This document shows, piece by piece, positions 52,853 to 62,598 of a DNA stretch of 64,000 nt. Origin of the DNA: Hydrogenimonas sp. (GTDB lineage: Bacteria; Campylobacterota; Campylobacteria; Campylobacterales; Hydrogenimonadaceae); NCBI GenBank assembly GCA_015490295.1, contig WFYC01000073.1, forward strand, positions 2,145 to 66,144. The letters run 5' to 3'. The translations under genes and the position numbers were made by a program. Every line of letters begins with the position of its first letter. Within the stretch, counting starts at the first letter, position 1. The notes beneath the pieces are model-generated. The model did no database searches. It worked only from the letters and a program-made list of their open reading frames with translations, and was not told where the DNA came from.

Positions 52853-54646
52853 GTGCAGAAAAAGATTCGCAACTTCTCTATCATCGCCCACATCGACCAC
52901 GGCAAAAGCACATTGGCCGACCGTATCATACAGGAGTGCGGAGCCGTGACCGAAAGAGAGCTCGGGACCCAGATGATGGATACGATGGATATAGAGCAGG
53001 AGAGAGGCATCACCATCAAAGCCCAAAGCGTCCGCCTTACTTATGTGAAGGACGGCCAGCCCTATATCCTCAACCTTATCGATACACCCGGTCATGTCGA
53101 TTTCAGCTATGAGGTAAGCAAATCTCTCGCCTCTTCAGAGGGCGCCCTTCTGGTGGTCGATGCTTCGCAGGGTGTAGAGGCCCAGACTATAGCCAATGTC
53201 TATATCGCGCTTGAAAACGATCTTGAAATCATTCCTGTCATAAACAAGATAGATCTGCCGGCCGCCGATCCCGACCGGGTTGTCGAAGAGATAGAGCAGA
53301 CGATAGGTCTCGACTGCAGTGGGGCCATCTACGTGAGTGCCAAAACCGGTCAGGGAATACGTGAACTGCTCGATGCGATCGTAGAGCGGGTACCGCCGCC
53401 GAATGGAGACGAAAACGCTCCGACTAAAGCTATTATCTACGACAGCTGGTTCGACAACTATCTGGGGGCTCTTGCTCTTGTGAGGGTATTTGACGGGAGT
53501 ATCAAAAAGGGGCAGGAGGTACTCATAATGGGTACCGGCAAGAAGCACCAGGTGCTCGACCTTACATATCCGCATCCTATGAAACCGACAAAGACAAACG
53601 AGATAAAAACCGGCGAAGTGGGTATTGTCGTATTGGGACTCAAAAATGTCAGCGATGTTGCGGTGGGGGATACGATAACCGATGCCAAACACCCGACCGA
53701 CGAGCCTGTAGGCGGCTTCAAAGAGGCCAAACCTTTCGTTTTCGCCGGTCTCTACCCTATAGATACGGACAGGTTCGAAGAGCTTAGAGATGCGCTCGAC
53801 AAGCTCAGGCTAAACGACGCCTCCATCAGTTACGAGCCTGAAACATCCGTGGCACTCGGTTTCGGTTTTCGTGTAGGTTTTCTTGGGATGCTGCACATGG
53901 AGGTAGTGAAAGAGCGGCTCGAAAGAGAGTTCGGCCTGGATCTAATAGCGACCGCACCCACCGTAATCTATAGAGTAGAGCTTACAGATGGTACGACGGT
54001 GGAGGTGCAGAACCCGAGTGAAATGCCCGATACTGGAAAGATAGCGAAAATCTACGAGCCGTATGTACGTGCGACGATAATAACGCCGAGAGAGTTTCTG
54101 GGCAATATCATAACGATGATGGCCGACAGGCGTGGTGTTCAGGAGAAGATGGAGTATCTCAACGAAGAGAGGGTAATGCTGGTATATGCCGTGCCTATGA
54201 ACGAGATTGTTGTAGACTTCTACGACAAACTTAAAAGTGCCACGAAAGGGTATGCCAGTTTCGACTATGAACCGATAGAGTATCGCGAAGGCGATCTTGT
54301 AAAGCTCGATGTCCGGGTAGCCGGGGATGTGGTGGATGCGCTAAGCATTATCGTACCGCGCGAAAAGGCGCAGCAGCGGGGTAGGGAACTCGTCAAGGCC
54401 ATGAAAGAGCTGATCCCCCGCCAGCTTTTTGAAGTTGCCGTGCAAGCCTCCATCGGCAACAAGGTGATAGCCAGAGAGACTGTAAAATCGATGGGCAAAA
54501 ACGTTACTGCCAAGTGTTACGGAGGAGACATCACCAGAAAAAGAAAACTGCTCGAGAAGCAAAAAGAGGGTAAAAAGCGGATGAAGGCGATCGGCAAGGT
54601 TCAACTTCCGCAGGACGCATTCCTTGCGGTACTGAAGATAGACTGA
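52853..54646 (+). CDS. lepA: Elongation factor 4
   Basis: [47 protein letters not shown]. Confidence 0.98.
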   Translation: MQKKIRNFSIIAHIDHGKSTLADRIIQECGAVTERELGTQMMDTMDIEQERGITIKAQSVRLTYVKDGQPYILNLIDTPGHVDFSYEVSKSLASSEGALLVVDASQGVEAQTIANVYIALENDLEIIPVINKIDLPAADPDRVVEEIEQTIGLDCSGAIYVSAKTGQGIRELLDAIVERVPPPNGDENAPTKAIIYDSWFDNYLGALALVRVFDGSIKKGQEVLIMGTGKKHQVLDLTYPHPMKPTKTNEIKTGEVGIVVLGLKNVSDVAVGDTITDAKHPTDEPVGGFKEAKPFVFAGLYPIDTDRFEELRDALDKLRLNDASISYEPETSVALGFGFRVGFLGMLHMEVVKERLEREFGLDLIATAPTVIYRVELTDGTTVEVQNPSEMPDTGKIAKIYEPYVRATIITPREFLGNIITMMADRRGVQEKMEYLNEERVMLVYAVPMNEIVVDFYDKLKSATKGYASFDYEPIEYREGDLVKLDVRVAGDVVDALSIIVPREKAQQRGRELVKAMKELIPRQLFEVAVQASIGNKVIARETVKSMGKNVTAKCYGGDITRKRKLLEKQKEGKKRMKAIGKVQLPQDAFLAVLKID

Positions 54647-54716
54647 AACAGCAGGATAAGGGCGCTTCCGCATCGGTTTTGTCTCACCTCTTTGCACCTT
54701 GGACAGGAGGTTCGTA

Positions 54717-55280
54717 TTGCGCTGCCTCAGTTGTAGAAGATTGGCATTTTCACCTATTTGCAGGCACTGCAGGAGGCTCTCTTTAGCTCCCTGGCCAAAG
54801 CTGCGCCGTCTCGGATGCGGACTCGATGTGGTTAGCTTCTACTCCTATGATGAACTGGAGCCCTTTTTGCTCAGTAAGCATCTGCCGCACGGATGGTTAG
54901 TTTACAATATAATCGCATACGAAACATTCAAAAATGTGGATATTCCGGATAAAGAGATCTATGCACTGCCGATCGATGACGACTCTTCAGGGGGTTACAG
55001 TCATACGGCTCTTTTGGCGAAGTGCCTTAAAAGACGCGGTTATACTCCTCTCTGGAGCGTACTTAGAGCACAAAACCGCGTATCGTATGCCGGTCAGCCA
55101 CTCTCCTTCAGGCTTCAAAATCCACGAAAATTCAGCTACAGCGGCCCAAGTGGGATAGAAGCGGTACTTGTGGACGATATAGTTACAACCGGTCTGACAC
55201 TGCAGGAGGCTTACGGCGAACTTCGACGTAACGGTGTGGAGATATCAACCGCATTCGTTCTGGCGGATGTCGACCGTTAG
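54717..55280 (+). CDS. comF: ComF family phosphoribosyltransferase-like competence protein
   Basis: N-terminal CLSC...CRHC, LVDDIVTTG.T; TTG start behind AGGAGG. Confidence 0.85.
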   Translation: MRCLSCRRLAFSPICRHCRRLSLAPWPKLRRLGCGLDVVSFYSYDELEPFLLSKHLPHGWLVYNIIAYETFKNVDIPDKEIYALPIDDDSSGGYSHTALLAKCLKRRGYTPLWSVLRAQNRVSYAGQPLSFRLQNPRKFSYSGPSGIEAVLVDDIVTTGLTLQEAYGELRRNGVEISTAFVLADVDR

Positions 55281-55344
55281 CGGGATCGCCCATGAAATAT
55301 GCAGCAGTTAATATCTATTTAATTACATGAATGTTAATATTGTA

Positions 55345-55440
55345 TCATTGTTGCCAAACCTGTTGTGAAGCAGGGACGGAAAGCCATGGGTCTTTATCGC
55401 TGCATCCGCCAATAGCCGTAAAGATCGCCAGGTTACTTCT
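55345..55440 (+). ncRNA. c-di-GMP-I (GEMM) riboswitch aptamer
   Basis: GCCAAA-CCTGTT-GTGA-AGCAGG-GACGG-AAAGCC, then P3 GGTCTTTA/TAAAGATC with bulged G and CCAGGTTAC; matches the Vc2-type architecture with compensatory pairs. Confidence 0.85.
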
Positions 55441-55634
55441 TTTAAGAGAATAGTTTTGCTTTCAGCTTGCAAACATGCTTCCCTCCCTAATTCTTCCATA
55501 TCTGCCCAGCCGACAACAGTATACCGTTTATTAACGGAAGGGAACTGTTCATACGGCAGATAGAAGCTTTAGTATAATGGCTTCTTATTCCGATAGATTA
55601 AATGCGATTTCAAAAAGATTCAGAAGGCCGCACT

Positions 55635-57251
55635 ATGCTCACACATATTTTTACTATTTTATCCGCGACACTGCTTTCACTTACTCTCTTTACCGGCTGC
55701 GGGGGAGCGTCGTCCTCTACGACTCCGGAGAGCGAGGCAGCTCCTATCTTGCCGTCGGTACCGACGAAGTACTCTTTCGAGATGATCGACGACGAGAGCT
55801 TCAACGCTTTGAGCGAAGATGACAAGATATATATAGCCAACAAACTATATACGACACTCTATAAAGGGTTCGATCTTGCCACCCTGAAACGGAAGGTCTC
55901 CAGCGGTACCTTCATCAGCGACCTGAGAAACACTTTGTACTCCACGAACGTTCAGCAGCCGGACCTTGAGAGAGTCGTAAAAGATACATATCAGATCGAA
56001 GATGGTAAAAGATTCGGAGGTCCGCTCTCCGCCAAATTCAACAGTATCTACACCGAAATCGCGTCGACACTATACTACACGAGACTGAGTAAAAGCTATT
56101 TCGACGAGTGGATGGCCTATGTGCTTTGCCAGACGATACTCTTCTCCCCCGCATGGGAGGTAGAGAGTGTCCACCCTTTTCCCGAACTGGTATCGAGTGT
56201 ATACAATAGGATAAAAAATGAAATAGCCGCCGGACATACGATCAAGGATATCGCATACAACCATATGGTTTCGAAAGAGAACTGGGCGAGATTCAGAAGC
56301 CCCGAAGATAACGGGCGTGAAATGCTCGAGATCTGGCTTTACGACTTCAATGACCTGGACGTGCCTCTGGCCGCCAAAGCCCTTAAAAACTGGAGATGGG
56401 TCGTGAAGTATGAGAAGGTCAGCGATACGGCAAACGATTATGTCTACTACTACAACGACTGGAACAACCCTGATGAAATAAATACGGAAGCTGTAGAGCT
56501 GCTGGAAACCAATGTGACGACAGGCGAAGATTTCTACCGTGCCGTAGTGAACCACAAGGATTTCATTCCGGGCGTCGTTATGAGGCTGGTCAATATATTC
56601 TTTCCCCACTTCAGCGAGAGTAGACGCAAAGAGATCGCCGACGCTATAGTAGAGACGGAGCCGAAGAGATTCACAGAACTTTTCGAGCGGATTCTCTTTT
56701 CAAAAACATACCTCTACGAGTCCGACAGGGTGAAGTCGTACGAAGAGATATTTTTCGGGCTTTCGCACAAGCTTGGTATAAAGCCGGACGGAGATACGTT
56801 CTTCTATTTCCATAATATAGGCGCAGAGGAGTATCAAAGCGGCCTGGTCAAGTCCAAACAGGAAGCTTTTACATATAAGCTCGGAAGAAGCGACAGGGTT
56901 CCATCCGACTCTGACAGTATCATAAGACTCCACCAGAATATCAGAAGCGCAATATTCCTGAATAGAAGAGGAGAGAATGGGTGGAGCTTCCAGGAGGTCG
57001 CGGGACGTTACGACTCGACCACGCTAAATAGCTTCCTGAACGGAATGTTTCTTGATGTGGTAGGAAGAGAGATGAGCGAAGATGAGCGTAACACTCTTGC
57101 ACAGATAGCGAAAGATGCGGGTATAGAAGACCCAAGCGGCCGCTCGGGGTGGAACAGACTGCCCCTTACATTGATGATGTTCGACTACTTCTCCAGACTT
57201 AGTGAGATATATGTATACAGAAAGATAGAGCCCCAGGGAGATGGATCATGA
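55635..57251 (+). CDS. DUF1800-like lipoprotein
   Basis: Lipobox LFTG-C, Ser-rich linker, SPEDNGREMLEIW resembling DUF1800 NEN.ARE.LEL, and AAKALKNW; alternative start 55602. Confidence 0.65.
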   Translation: MLTHIFTILSATLLSLTLFTGCGGASSSTTPESEAAPILPSVPTKYSFEMIDDESFNALSEDDKIYIANKLYTTLYKGFDLATLKRKVSSGTFISDLRNTLYSTNVQQPDLERVVKDTYQIEDGKRFGGPLSAKFNSIYTEIASTLYYTRLSKSYFDEWMAYVLCQTILFSPAWEVESVHPFPELVSSVYNRIKNEIAAGHTIKDIAYNHMVSKENWARFRSPEDNGREMLEIWLYDFNDLDVPLAAKALKNWRWVVKYEKVSDTANDYVYYYNDWNNPDEINTEAVELLETNVTTGEDFYRAVVNHKDFIPGVVMRLVNIFFPHFSESRRKEIADAIVETEPKRFTELFERILFSKTYLYESDRVKSYEEIFFGLSHKLGIKPDGDTFFYFHNIGAEEYQSGLVKSKQEAFTYKLGRSDRVPSDSDSIIRLHQNIRSAIFLNRRGENGWSFQEVAGRYDSTTLNSFLNGMFLDVVGREMSEDERNTLAQIAKDAGIEDPSGRSGWNRLPLTLMMFDYFSRLSEIYVYRKIEPQGDGS

Positions 57252-58621
57252 AACGAAGAGATTTTATCAAAAGTACACTTGGAATCGCGGCTGCCGCCGC
57301 ACTGTCACCGTCTTGGCTCGGAGCGGATGTCGTTCCTGTGGATGCCAATGTGCCGCTTCCGCTGGATGATGTGGAGTTCGATCCTGAAGTTTTCAGCAGG
57401 AACGATGCACAGACGATAGTGGTGTTTTTAAGCGGTGGTATGAGCGATGTCGTAGGAAATATACAGCATATTGACGAGATAATGACGAAAGATATCTCCG
57501 AAAAAAGGTACGGCAGTGCCCAACTTACACCTACCGTTAACGGTTTCTGGAAAGAGGCCGGCGGTGATCGGTTGGAAGAGATGCTGGCCGACGGCTCTTT
57601 GAACCTGTTTAGAACCTGCTACCAGACGAATCCGCAGCTTGCGCACGGAATCAACCAGAGCAGATATATGCACGGTAACGGAGTGGGTTACAACTCCGGA
57701 ATAGTCTCTACCCTCATGCACGTACTCAATAGAAACGGCATGATAAACGAGAGTGCCGTACTGAGTAATGTCGCAATCGATGGAAGCGACTACAGGCTTC
57801 TTGAAGATAGCGGCACATCTTCGATGCTTCCGTCGTTTCTAAGACCGGCTTCGATAAACAGGGATCTGAGCAATCCATACAACTATGCGAAGACGGTAGA
57901 TGGAAAGATAAATGTCGGTGACACTTCATCCACAGATCTTCTAAACAGCGCAGACTATAGCGATAGAATAACGGCCCTGTCGCAACGCCACAACCTTTTC
58001 GACGCTCTGAGCGATATCTTCAACAGACGAAAAGAGTTGAGCGACTTTCTCGATGATGTGGTCAATGGTGACCTGCCCGTCGAGTATCCATCCACGATAG
58101 ACGGTAAAAAGATGGAAGCGGCGATGCGTATTGTTACGAAGAATCCCGATACAAAGATAGTGAGCATGATAGGGGGTCACAGCGGATGGGATGACCACTC
58201 CGACGCGATCTCGAAGCACAAGGATCGTGCAAAAGAGCTCTTCGAAGCGATATATGCGGCCGTACAACATATGAACGCATTGGGCAAAGATAATATCAAC
58301 ATCGTACTGTTTGGAGATTTCGGCCGAAACATGAACCTCAACAGCGCATACGGCTGGGACCATGGGAACAACCAGGTGGTATACTGGTTTGGAGGTAAAA
58401 AGTATTTCAACTCCCTGGGAGTCGTGGGAGAGACAGAGCTCGAAATCAGGATACCGAAAGCCAGGCTGTATAGCAAGCCCACATCCGCTTCGTATACCTT
58501 CGTTCCATACTCCGTAGCATCCACGATATATGCAATCTACGGAGTGACCAACCCGGAAGTTCTCACTGGCCGGAGTCCGGTGATAGGAAAGGGGCTCCCG
58601 ACACCCTTTATCAAGGGTTGA
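57248..58621 (+). CDS. DUF1501-like Tat-exported protein
   Basis: Tat signal MKRRDFIK, VVFLSGG, GWDDH, GDFGR, GWDHG (DUF1501-type GWDTH/GEFGR/DHG); ATGA overlap with upstream gene. Confidence 0.78.
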   Translation: MKRRDFIKSTLGIAAAAALSPSWLGADVVPVDANVPLPLDDVEFDPEVFSRNDAQTIVVFLSGGMSDVVGNIQHIDEIMTKDISEKRYGSAQLTPTVNGFWKEAGGDRLEEMLADGSLNLFRTCYQTNPQLAHGINQSRYMHGNGVGYNSGIVSTLMHVLNRNGMINESAVLSNVAIDGSDYRLLEDSGTSSMLPSFLRPASINRDLSNPYNYAKTVDGKINVGDTSSTDLLNSADYSDRITALSQRHNLFDALSDIFNRRKELSDFLDDVVNGDLPVEYPSTIDGKKMEAAMRIVTKNPDTKIVSMIGGHSGWDDHSDAISKHKDRAKELFEAIYAAVQHMNALGKDNINIVLFGDFGRNMNLNSAYGWDHGNNQVVYWFGGKKYFNSLGVVGETELEIRIPKARLYSKPTSASYTFVPYSVASTIYAIYGVTNPEVLTGRSPVIGKGLPTPFIKG

Positions 58622-58728
58622 TTCCGGTACGGGGATCCGGATTTTGGATAAGCTTGACGGCCGGCGTTGAAAATTCCATAAAAAATTATATCTGCTTTGG
58701 TACTTCAGAGTTTAACTGCAACCCTTTG

Positions 58729-58737
58729 TGCTATAAT
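58729..58737 (+). promoter_or_regulatory. Extended -10 promoter of DEAD-box helicase operon
   Basis: TGCTATAAT about 235 nt upstream of ATG 58973. Confidence 0.65.
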
Positions 58738-58743
58738 GCGGCA

Positions 58744-58972
58744 TCCTGACACCCGGCCTTGAGGGCTGGTTCTCCCCGTCTACAGCGAATATACCTCCGT
58801 ATATTTACCAGATGGGCACCGACAGGCGCAGCGCTTGGGAGCATCTTATGCGTGCCGTCGGTAAAGAGACTTCGATCGATCATATGAGCGTTTCCAATCC
58901 GGTTTCCCGGTATGAAACAGTGTCCGGAGCGTCGCTCGAAGCTATACTTCAACACAAAGAGTCACATTTTAG
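58744..58972 (+). other. Long structured 5' leader with four consecutive hairpins
   Basis: Stems at 58753-58769, 58775-58816, 58818-58862 and 58870-58941. Confidence 0.55.
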
Positions 58973-60436
58973 ATGGAACAAGAGACTATTCAACAGAACG
59001 AACAAGAACAAGAGCCTACAGTACGTTTTTCCGATTTCGGATTCAAACAGCCTATCATGCGCGCAATCCAGCGTATGGGATTTCAGGTGCCCAGCCCGAT
59101 ACAGCAGAAGGTGATCCCCCTGATTCTCGAAGGTCACGATGTTGTGGGACAGGCCCATACAGGTACGGGAAAGACGGCGGCGTTTGGTCTGCCCGCACTC
59201 AATAATATAGAGTGGAGAAACGGAGTGGACCTGCTCGTCATAACTCCTACCCGTGAACTGGCTACACAGGTCAGCGACGAACTCTTCAGCCTGGGGCGCT
59301 TCGCCGGTATCAGAACCGTCAGTGTATACGGCGGGCAGAGCTACAGGCGCCAGCTCGATCTGATAAGCCGTGGAGCGCAGGTTGTCGTCGCCACCCCGGG
59401 ACGGCTTCTGGATATGCTAAGCTCCGGCAAACTGGAGGACTTCAACCCCTCTATCGTAGTTCTGGATGAAGCCGACGAGATGCTCGATATGGGCTTCCTG
59501 GACGATATAAAAGAGATATTCAGTTACCTTCCGCAGCAGCGCCAGACCCTTCTTTTCTCCGCGACGATGCCAGAACCGATAAAGGATCTCGCTCGCCACA
59601 TTCTTCATGAGCCGAAATTCGTTTCAGTGACGAAGAAGGAGACAACAAACAAGGATATACGCCAGCTCTACTATGTCATAGAAGAGAAAGACAGGGACGA
59701 CGCCATAGTGCGCCTTCTGGACAAAGAGGAGCCCGAAAAGGCGATCGTGTTCTGCCGCATGAAACGCGAAGTCGATCGTGTTGCGGAGCTTCTGCAGGCA
59801 CAGGGAATCAATGCCAGGGGGCTTCACGGAGATATGGAAATGCGTGAGCGTATGGAGGTGATAAAGGGGTTCCGCGGACGCGGTATAGATATTCTCGTCG
59901 CTACCGACGTCGCGGCGCGCGGGCTGAACATAGAAAATGTCAGCCATGTATTCAACTACCATATCCCGTTCGATCCAGAAAGCTACGTGCACCGTATCGG
60001 CCGTACGGGCCGTGCAGGCAAAAAAGGTACGGCGATAACGCTCGTTACTCCGCTGGAGTTCAAAGAGCTCGAGCGCATCCGCCAGAAGGTGGGTACGAAG
60101 ATGGAGTACGGCTTTGTCGACGAAGCAGGTGAAGGAAACGAAGATATCGCGGAGAGATTTTCAGAACTCGTCCGTGCCAGCGGCATAGATGATACCGCTG
60201 TTAAAATCTACGAAAGCCTGACAGATGAGATGGCTCCACAAAAGATCGCATACAAGCTAATCTCGATAATACTGGAGAGCGGCCTGCTCAAGCCGAGTGG
60301 TACAGGAATCGGGCTAAGCGAAGAGGAGGTCAAACGGATGATGGCTGCCAGCGGAGTCGGCGAAAAACCGAAAAAGAGCGGCAGCAAAAGGCGTAGAAGC
60401 GGCGGTGGCAGAAACAGAAACTCCAGCCGCCGATAG
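58973..60436 (+). CDS. DEAD-box RNA helicase (CshA/DeaD-like)
   Basis: Q motif, AHTGTGKT, PTRELA, TPGR, DEAD, SAT, HRIGRTGRAG, basic tail. Confidence 0.96.
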   Translation: MEQETIQQNEQEQEPTVRFSDFGFKQPIMRAIQRMGFQVPSPIQQKVIPLILEGHDVVGQAHTGTGKTAAFGLPALNNIEWRNGVDLLVITPTRELATQVSDELFSLGRFAGIRTVSVYGGQSYRRQLDLISRGAQVVVATPGRLLDMLSSGKLEDFNPSIVVLDEADEMLDMGFLDDIKEIFSYLPQQRQTLLFSATMPEPIKDLARHILHEPKFVSVTKKETTNKDIRQLYYVIEEKDRDDAIVRLLDKEEPEKAIVFCRMKREVDRVAELLQAQGINARGLHGDMEMRERMEVIKGFRGRGIDILVATDVAARGLNIENVSHVFNYHIPFDPESYVHRIGRTGRAGKKGTAITLVTPLEFKELERIRQKVGTKMEYGFVDEAGEGNEDIAERFSELVRASGIDDTAVKIYESLTDEMAPQKIAYKLISIILESGLLKPSGTGIGLSEEEVKRMMAASGVGEKPKKSGSKRRRSGGGRNRNSSRR

Positions 60437-60439
60437 ACC

Positions 60440-61576
60440 GTGCAGAGGCACGAACTAATAATTATCGGAGCCGGTGCGGCCGGCCTTATGGCCGCCGCGC
60501 TCTCCGCCCGAAAAGATCTGCTCATACTTGAGCACAACTCCTATCCAGCAGCAAAGATTAAAATATCCGGCGGCGGCCGCTGCAACATCACCAACGCGAA
60601 TCTTTCACCCTCCTGCTACCTCGGCGATCCATGCTTTATAGAAAAGGTGTTCGAATATTTCGACAACCGGGAACTTCTCTCTTTTTTAAAAGAGAGAGGG
60701 CTCGAGCCCGTAGTGAAAAAAGGGAGCCAATACTTTTGCAAAAAGAGCAGCCGGGAACTGATAGATATTCTTCTCGATTCGATAAAAGGTGTGCCTATTC
60801 GGTATGAAACGGAGGTACAAAACGTAATCAGGGATGATGAGGGCTTTTGCATAGTGAGCTCTTTGGGCAGATTTTACGCCCGTAAGGTACTCGTTGCCAC
60901 TGGCGGGCTCAGTTTCGCCTCTTTGGGTGCAAGCTCCATAGGTTTCGATATAGCCGAGTCGCTGGGTCACACTATCGTCCCTCCAAGACCGGCACTTGTA
61001 GGCCTTACCCTGCAGCCGGAGCAGTTTTGGATGAAGGAGCTCAGCGGTCTTTCGCTGACTGTTCAGATTTCAGCCGGCAGGCGCAAAATAGTCTCCGATA
61101 TGCTTTTTGCCCACAAGGGTATCAGCGGTCCCGCTGTTTTGGACGCATCTCTGTTTTGGAACCGTGGAAAGATCACGGTCGATTTTCTGCCGGGTATCAG
61201 GCTGAAGAGCCTTTTTGCAAATTCAAAAAAGAGTGCGCTTTCGCAGATTCCGCTTCCGAAGCGTTTCGTAAAGGCGCTGTTTGCCGCTTTGAATCTGCCG
61301 GAGACTCCCTACTCGCGGATGAGCGAAGAGCAGAAACAGCGCCTATCCCTGATCAAATCCTATCCCTTTGCTCCGGCAGGTACGTTCGGCTACTCGAAGG
61401 CGGAGGCTACGAAAGGTGGAGTGAGCACCGACGAGATAGACCCGCTCACTATGCAGAGCCGGCTGGCGGAGGGTCTCTATTTTGCCGGAGAGGTGGTGGA
61501 TGTGACTGGAATGGTCGGTGGCTACAATTTCCAGTGGGCCTTCTCTTCAGCCGCGGTTGTAGCAAAAAGTGTATAA
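60440..61576 (+). CDS. HI0933/BaiN (YhiN-like) NAD(P)/FAD flavoprotein
   Basis: IIGAGAAG, KIKISGGGRCNITN, ATGG.S, H.GISGPAVL, GGYNFQWA. Confidence 0.92.
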   Translation: MQRHELIIIGAGAAGLMAAALSARKDLLILEHNSYPAAKIKISGGGRCNITNANLSPSCYLGDPCFIEKVFEYFDNRELLSFLKERGLEPVVKKGSQYFCKKSSRELIDILLDSIKGVPIRYETEVQNVIRDDEGFCIVSSLGRFYARKVLVATGGLSFASLGASSIGFDIAESLGHTIVPPRPALVGLTLQPEQFWMKELSGLSLTVQISAGRRKIVSDMLFAHKGISGPAVLDASLFWNRGKITVDFLPGIRLKSLFANSKKSALSQIPLPKRFVKALFAALNLPETPYSRMSEEQKQRLSLIKSYPFAPAGTFGYSKAEATKGGVSTDEIDPLTMQSRLAEGLYFAGEVVDVTGMVGGYNFQWAFSSAAVVAKSV

Positions 61577-61584
61577 TCGGCAGT

Positions 61585-62598
61585 ATGAAATCTGAAAAAT
61601 TCCGGATGCCTCCGCAGCTGAAGAGTGCGGCAGGCGATCTGAGATCTGTCGGGTTCGAGCTCGAATATAGCGGTATCGCTCTAAAAAAGAGTGCCGCAGT
61701 ACTGCTTAAGGCTGTGGGTGGACACGTAGAGGTTGTAAACCCGTACCACTACAAAATAGAGGATACACCCTACGGAACATTCACGCTCATTCTCGATTTT
61801 CAGTTTCTGGTCGAATCGGGACTAAGCAAGTGGCTCCATACTATAGGCCTCGACCATGCGCTGGAGCCTCATGTTATCGACGGTATAGAGCGTTTTATAG
61901 CGGATCTTTCCGAAGCTGTGGTTCCTTACGAGGTCTCTACCCCGCCGCTGCCCATAGACAGGCTCGAAATTATAGAGGAGATAAAAGAGGCGCTTAGAGC
62001 GCATGGGGCGATGGGCACGAGAGCGGATCCTTTCTATGCGTTCGGTTTTCACATAAATCCGGAAGCGGCCAAAATCTCCGTAGACGAAATTTTAAATACG
62101 CTTCGCGCCTTCTTCGTGCTCTACGACGAGTTGATCGAGATGATCAAGCCCGATATGACACGCAGGCTAACTCCGTATATCGATCCGTTCGATGAAGCCT
62201 ATATGCGGCTGCTTCTCGATGACGAGTACAACCCGACGATGCCGCAGCTCATAGACGACTACCTCGAATACAACCCAACAAGGAATAGGGCACTAGACCT
62301 TCTGCCGCTTTTTGCTCACATAGATATGGACAGGGTGATGCGTAAGATGGCCGGGGAGAAGATCTCGCCACGTCCAACATACCACTACAGACTTTCCAAC
62401 TCGCGGGTAGACGAGCCGCAATGGCACACATGGGAGGCGTGGAACAGCTGGGTCATTGTAGAGAGTCTGGCAGCGGACAAGGAGGCTCTATGCAGATTCT
62501 GTGCGGAGTATCTCGATATTCTTGACTCACCCTTTTCAATCTTTATGAAAGATGAGTGGAAGCAAAAGGTGCACTCTTGGCTGAAAAACCTCTCGTAA
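61585..62598 (+). CDS. Putative amidoligase (COOH-NH2 ligase superfamily, Amidoligase_2-like)
   Basis: VGFELEY, EVSTPP, GFHIN, NPTRNRALD, RPTYHYR; start MKSEKF. Confidence 0.8.
   Translation: MKSEKFRMPPQLKSAAGDLRSVGFELEYSGIALKKSAAVLLKAVGGHVEVVNPYHYKIEDTPYGTFTLILDFQFLVESGLSKWLHTIGLDHALEPHVIDGIERFIADLSEAVVPYEVSTPPLPIDRLEIIEEIKEALRAHGAMGTRADPFYAFGFHINPEAAKISVDEILNTLRAFFVLYDELIEMIKPDMTRRLTPYIDPFDEAYMRLLLDDEYNPTMPQLIDDYLEYNPTRNRALDLLPLFAHIDMDRVMRKMAGEKISPRPTYHYRLSNSRVDEPQWHTWEAWNSWVIVESLAADKEALCRFCAEYLDILDSPFSIFMKDEWKQKVHSWLKNLS

Noticed and set aside
61027-61584. 186-aa N-terminal extension of the amidoligase ORF overlapping the HI0933 gene (possible frameshift fusion)
   Set aside because: Alternate-frame sequence is not protein-like, the upstream gene is complete, and a TATAAT precedes ATG 61585
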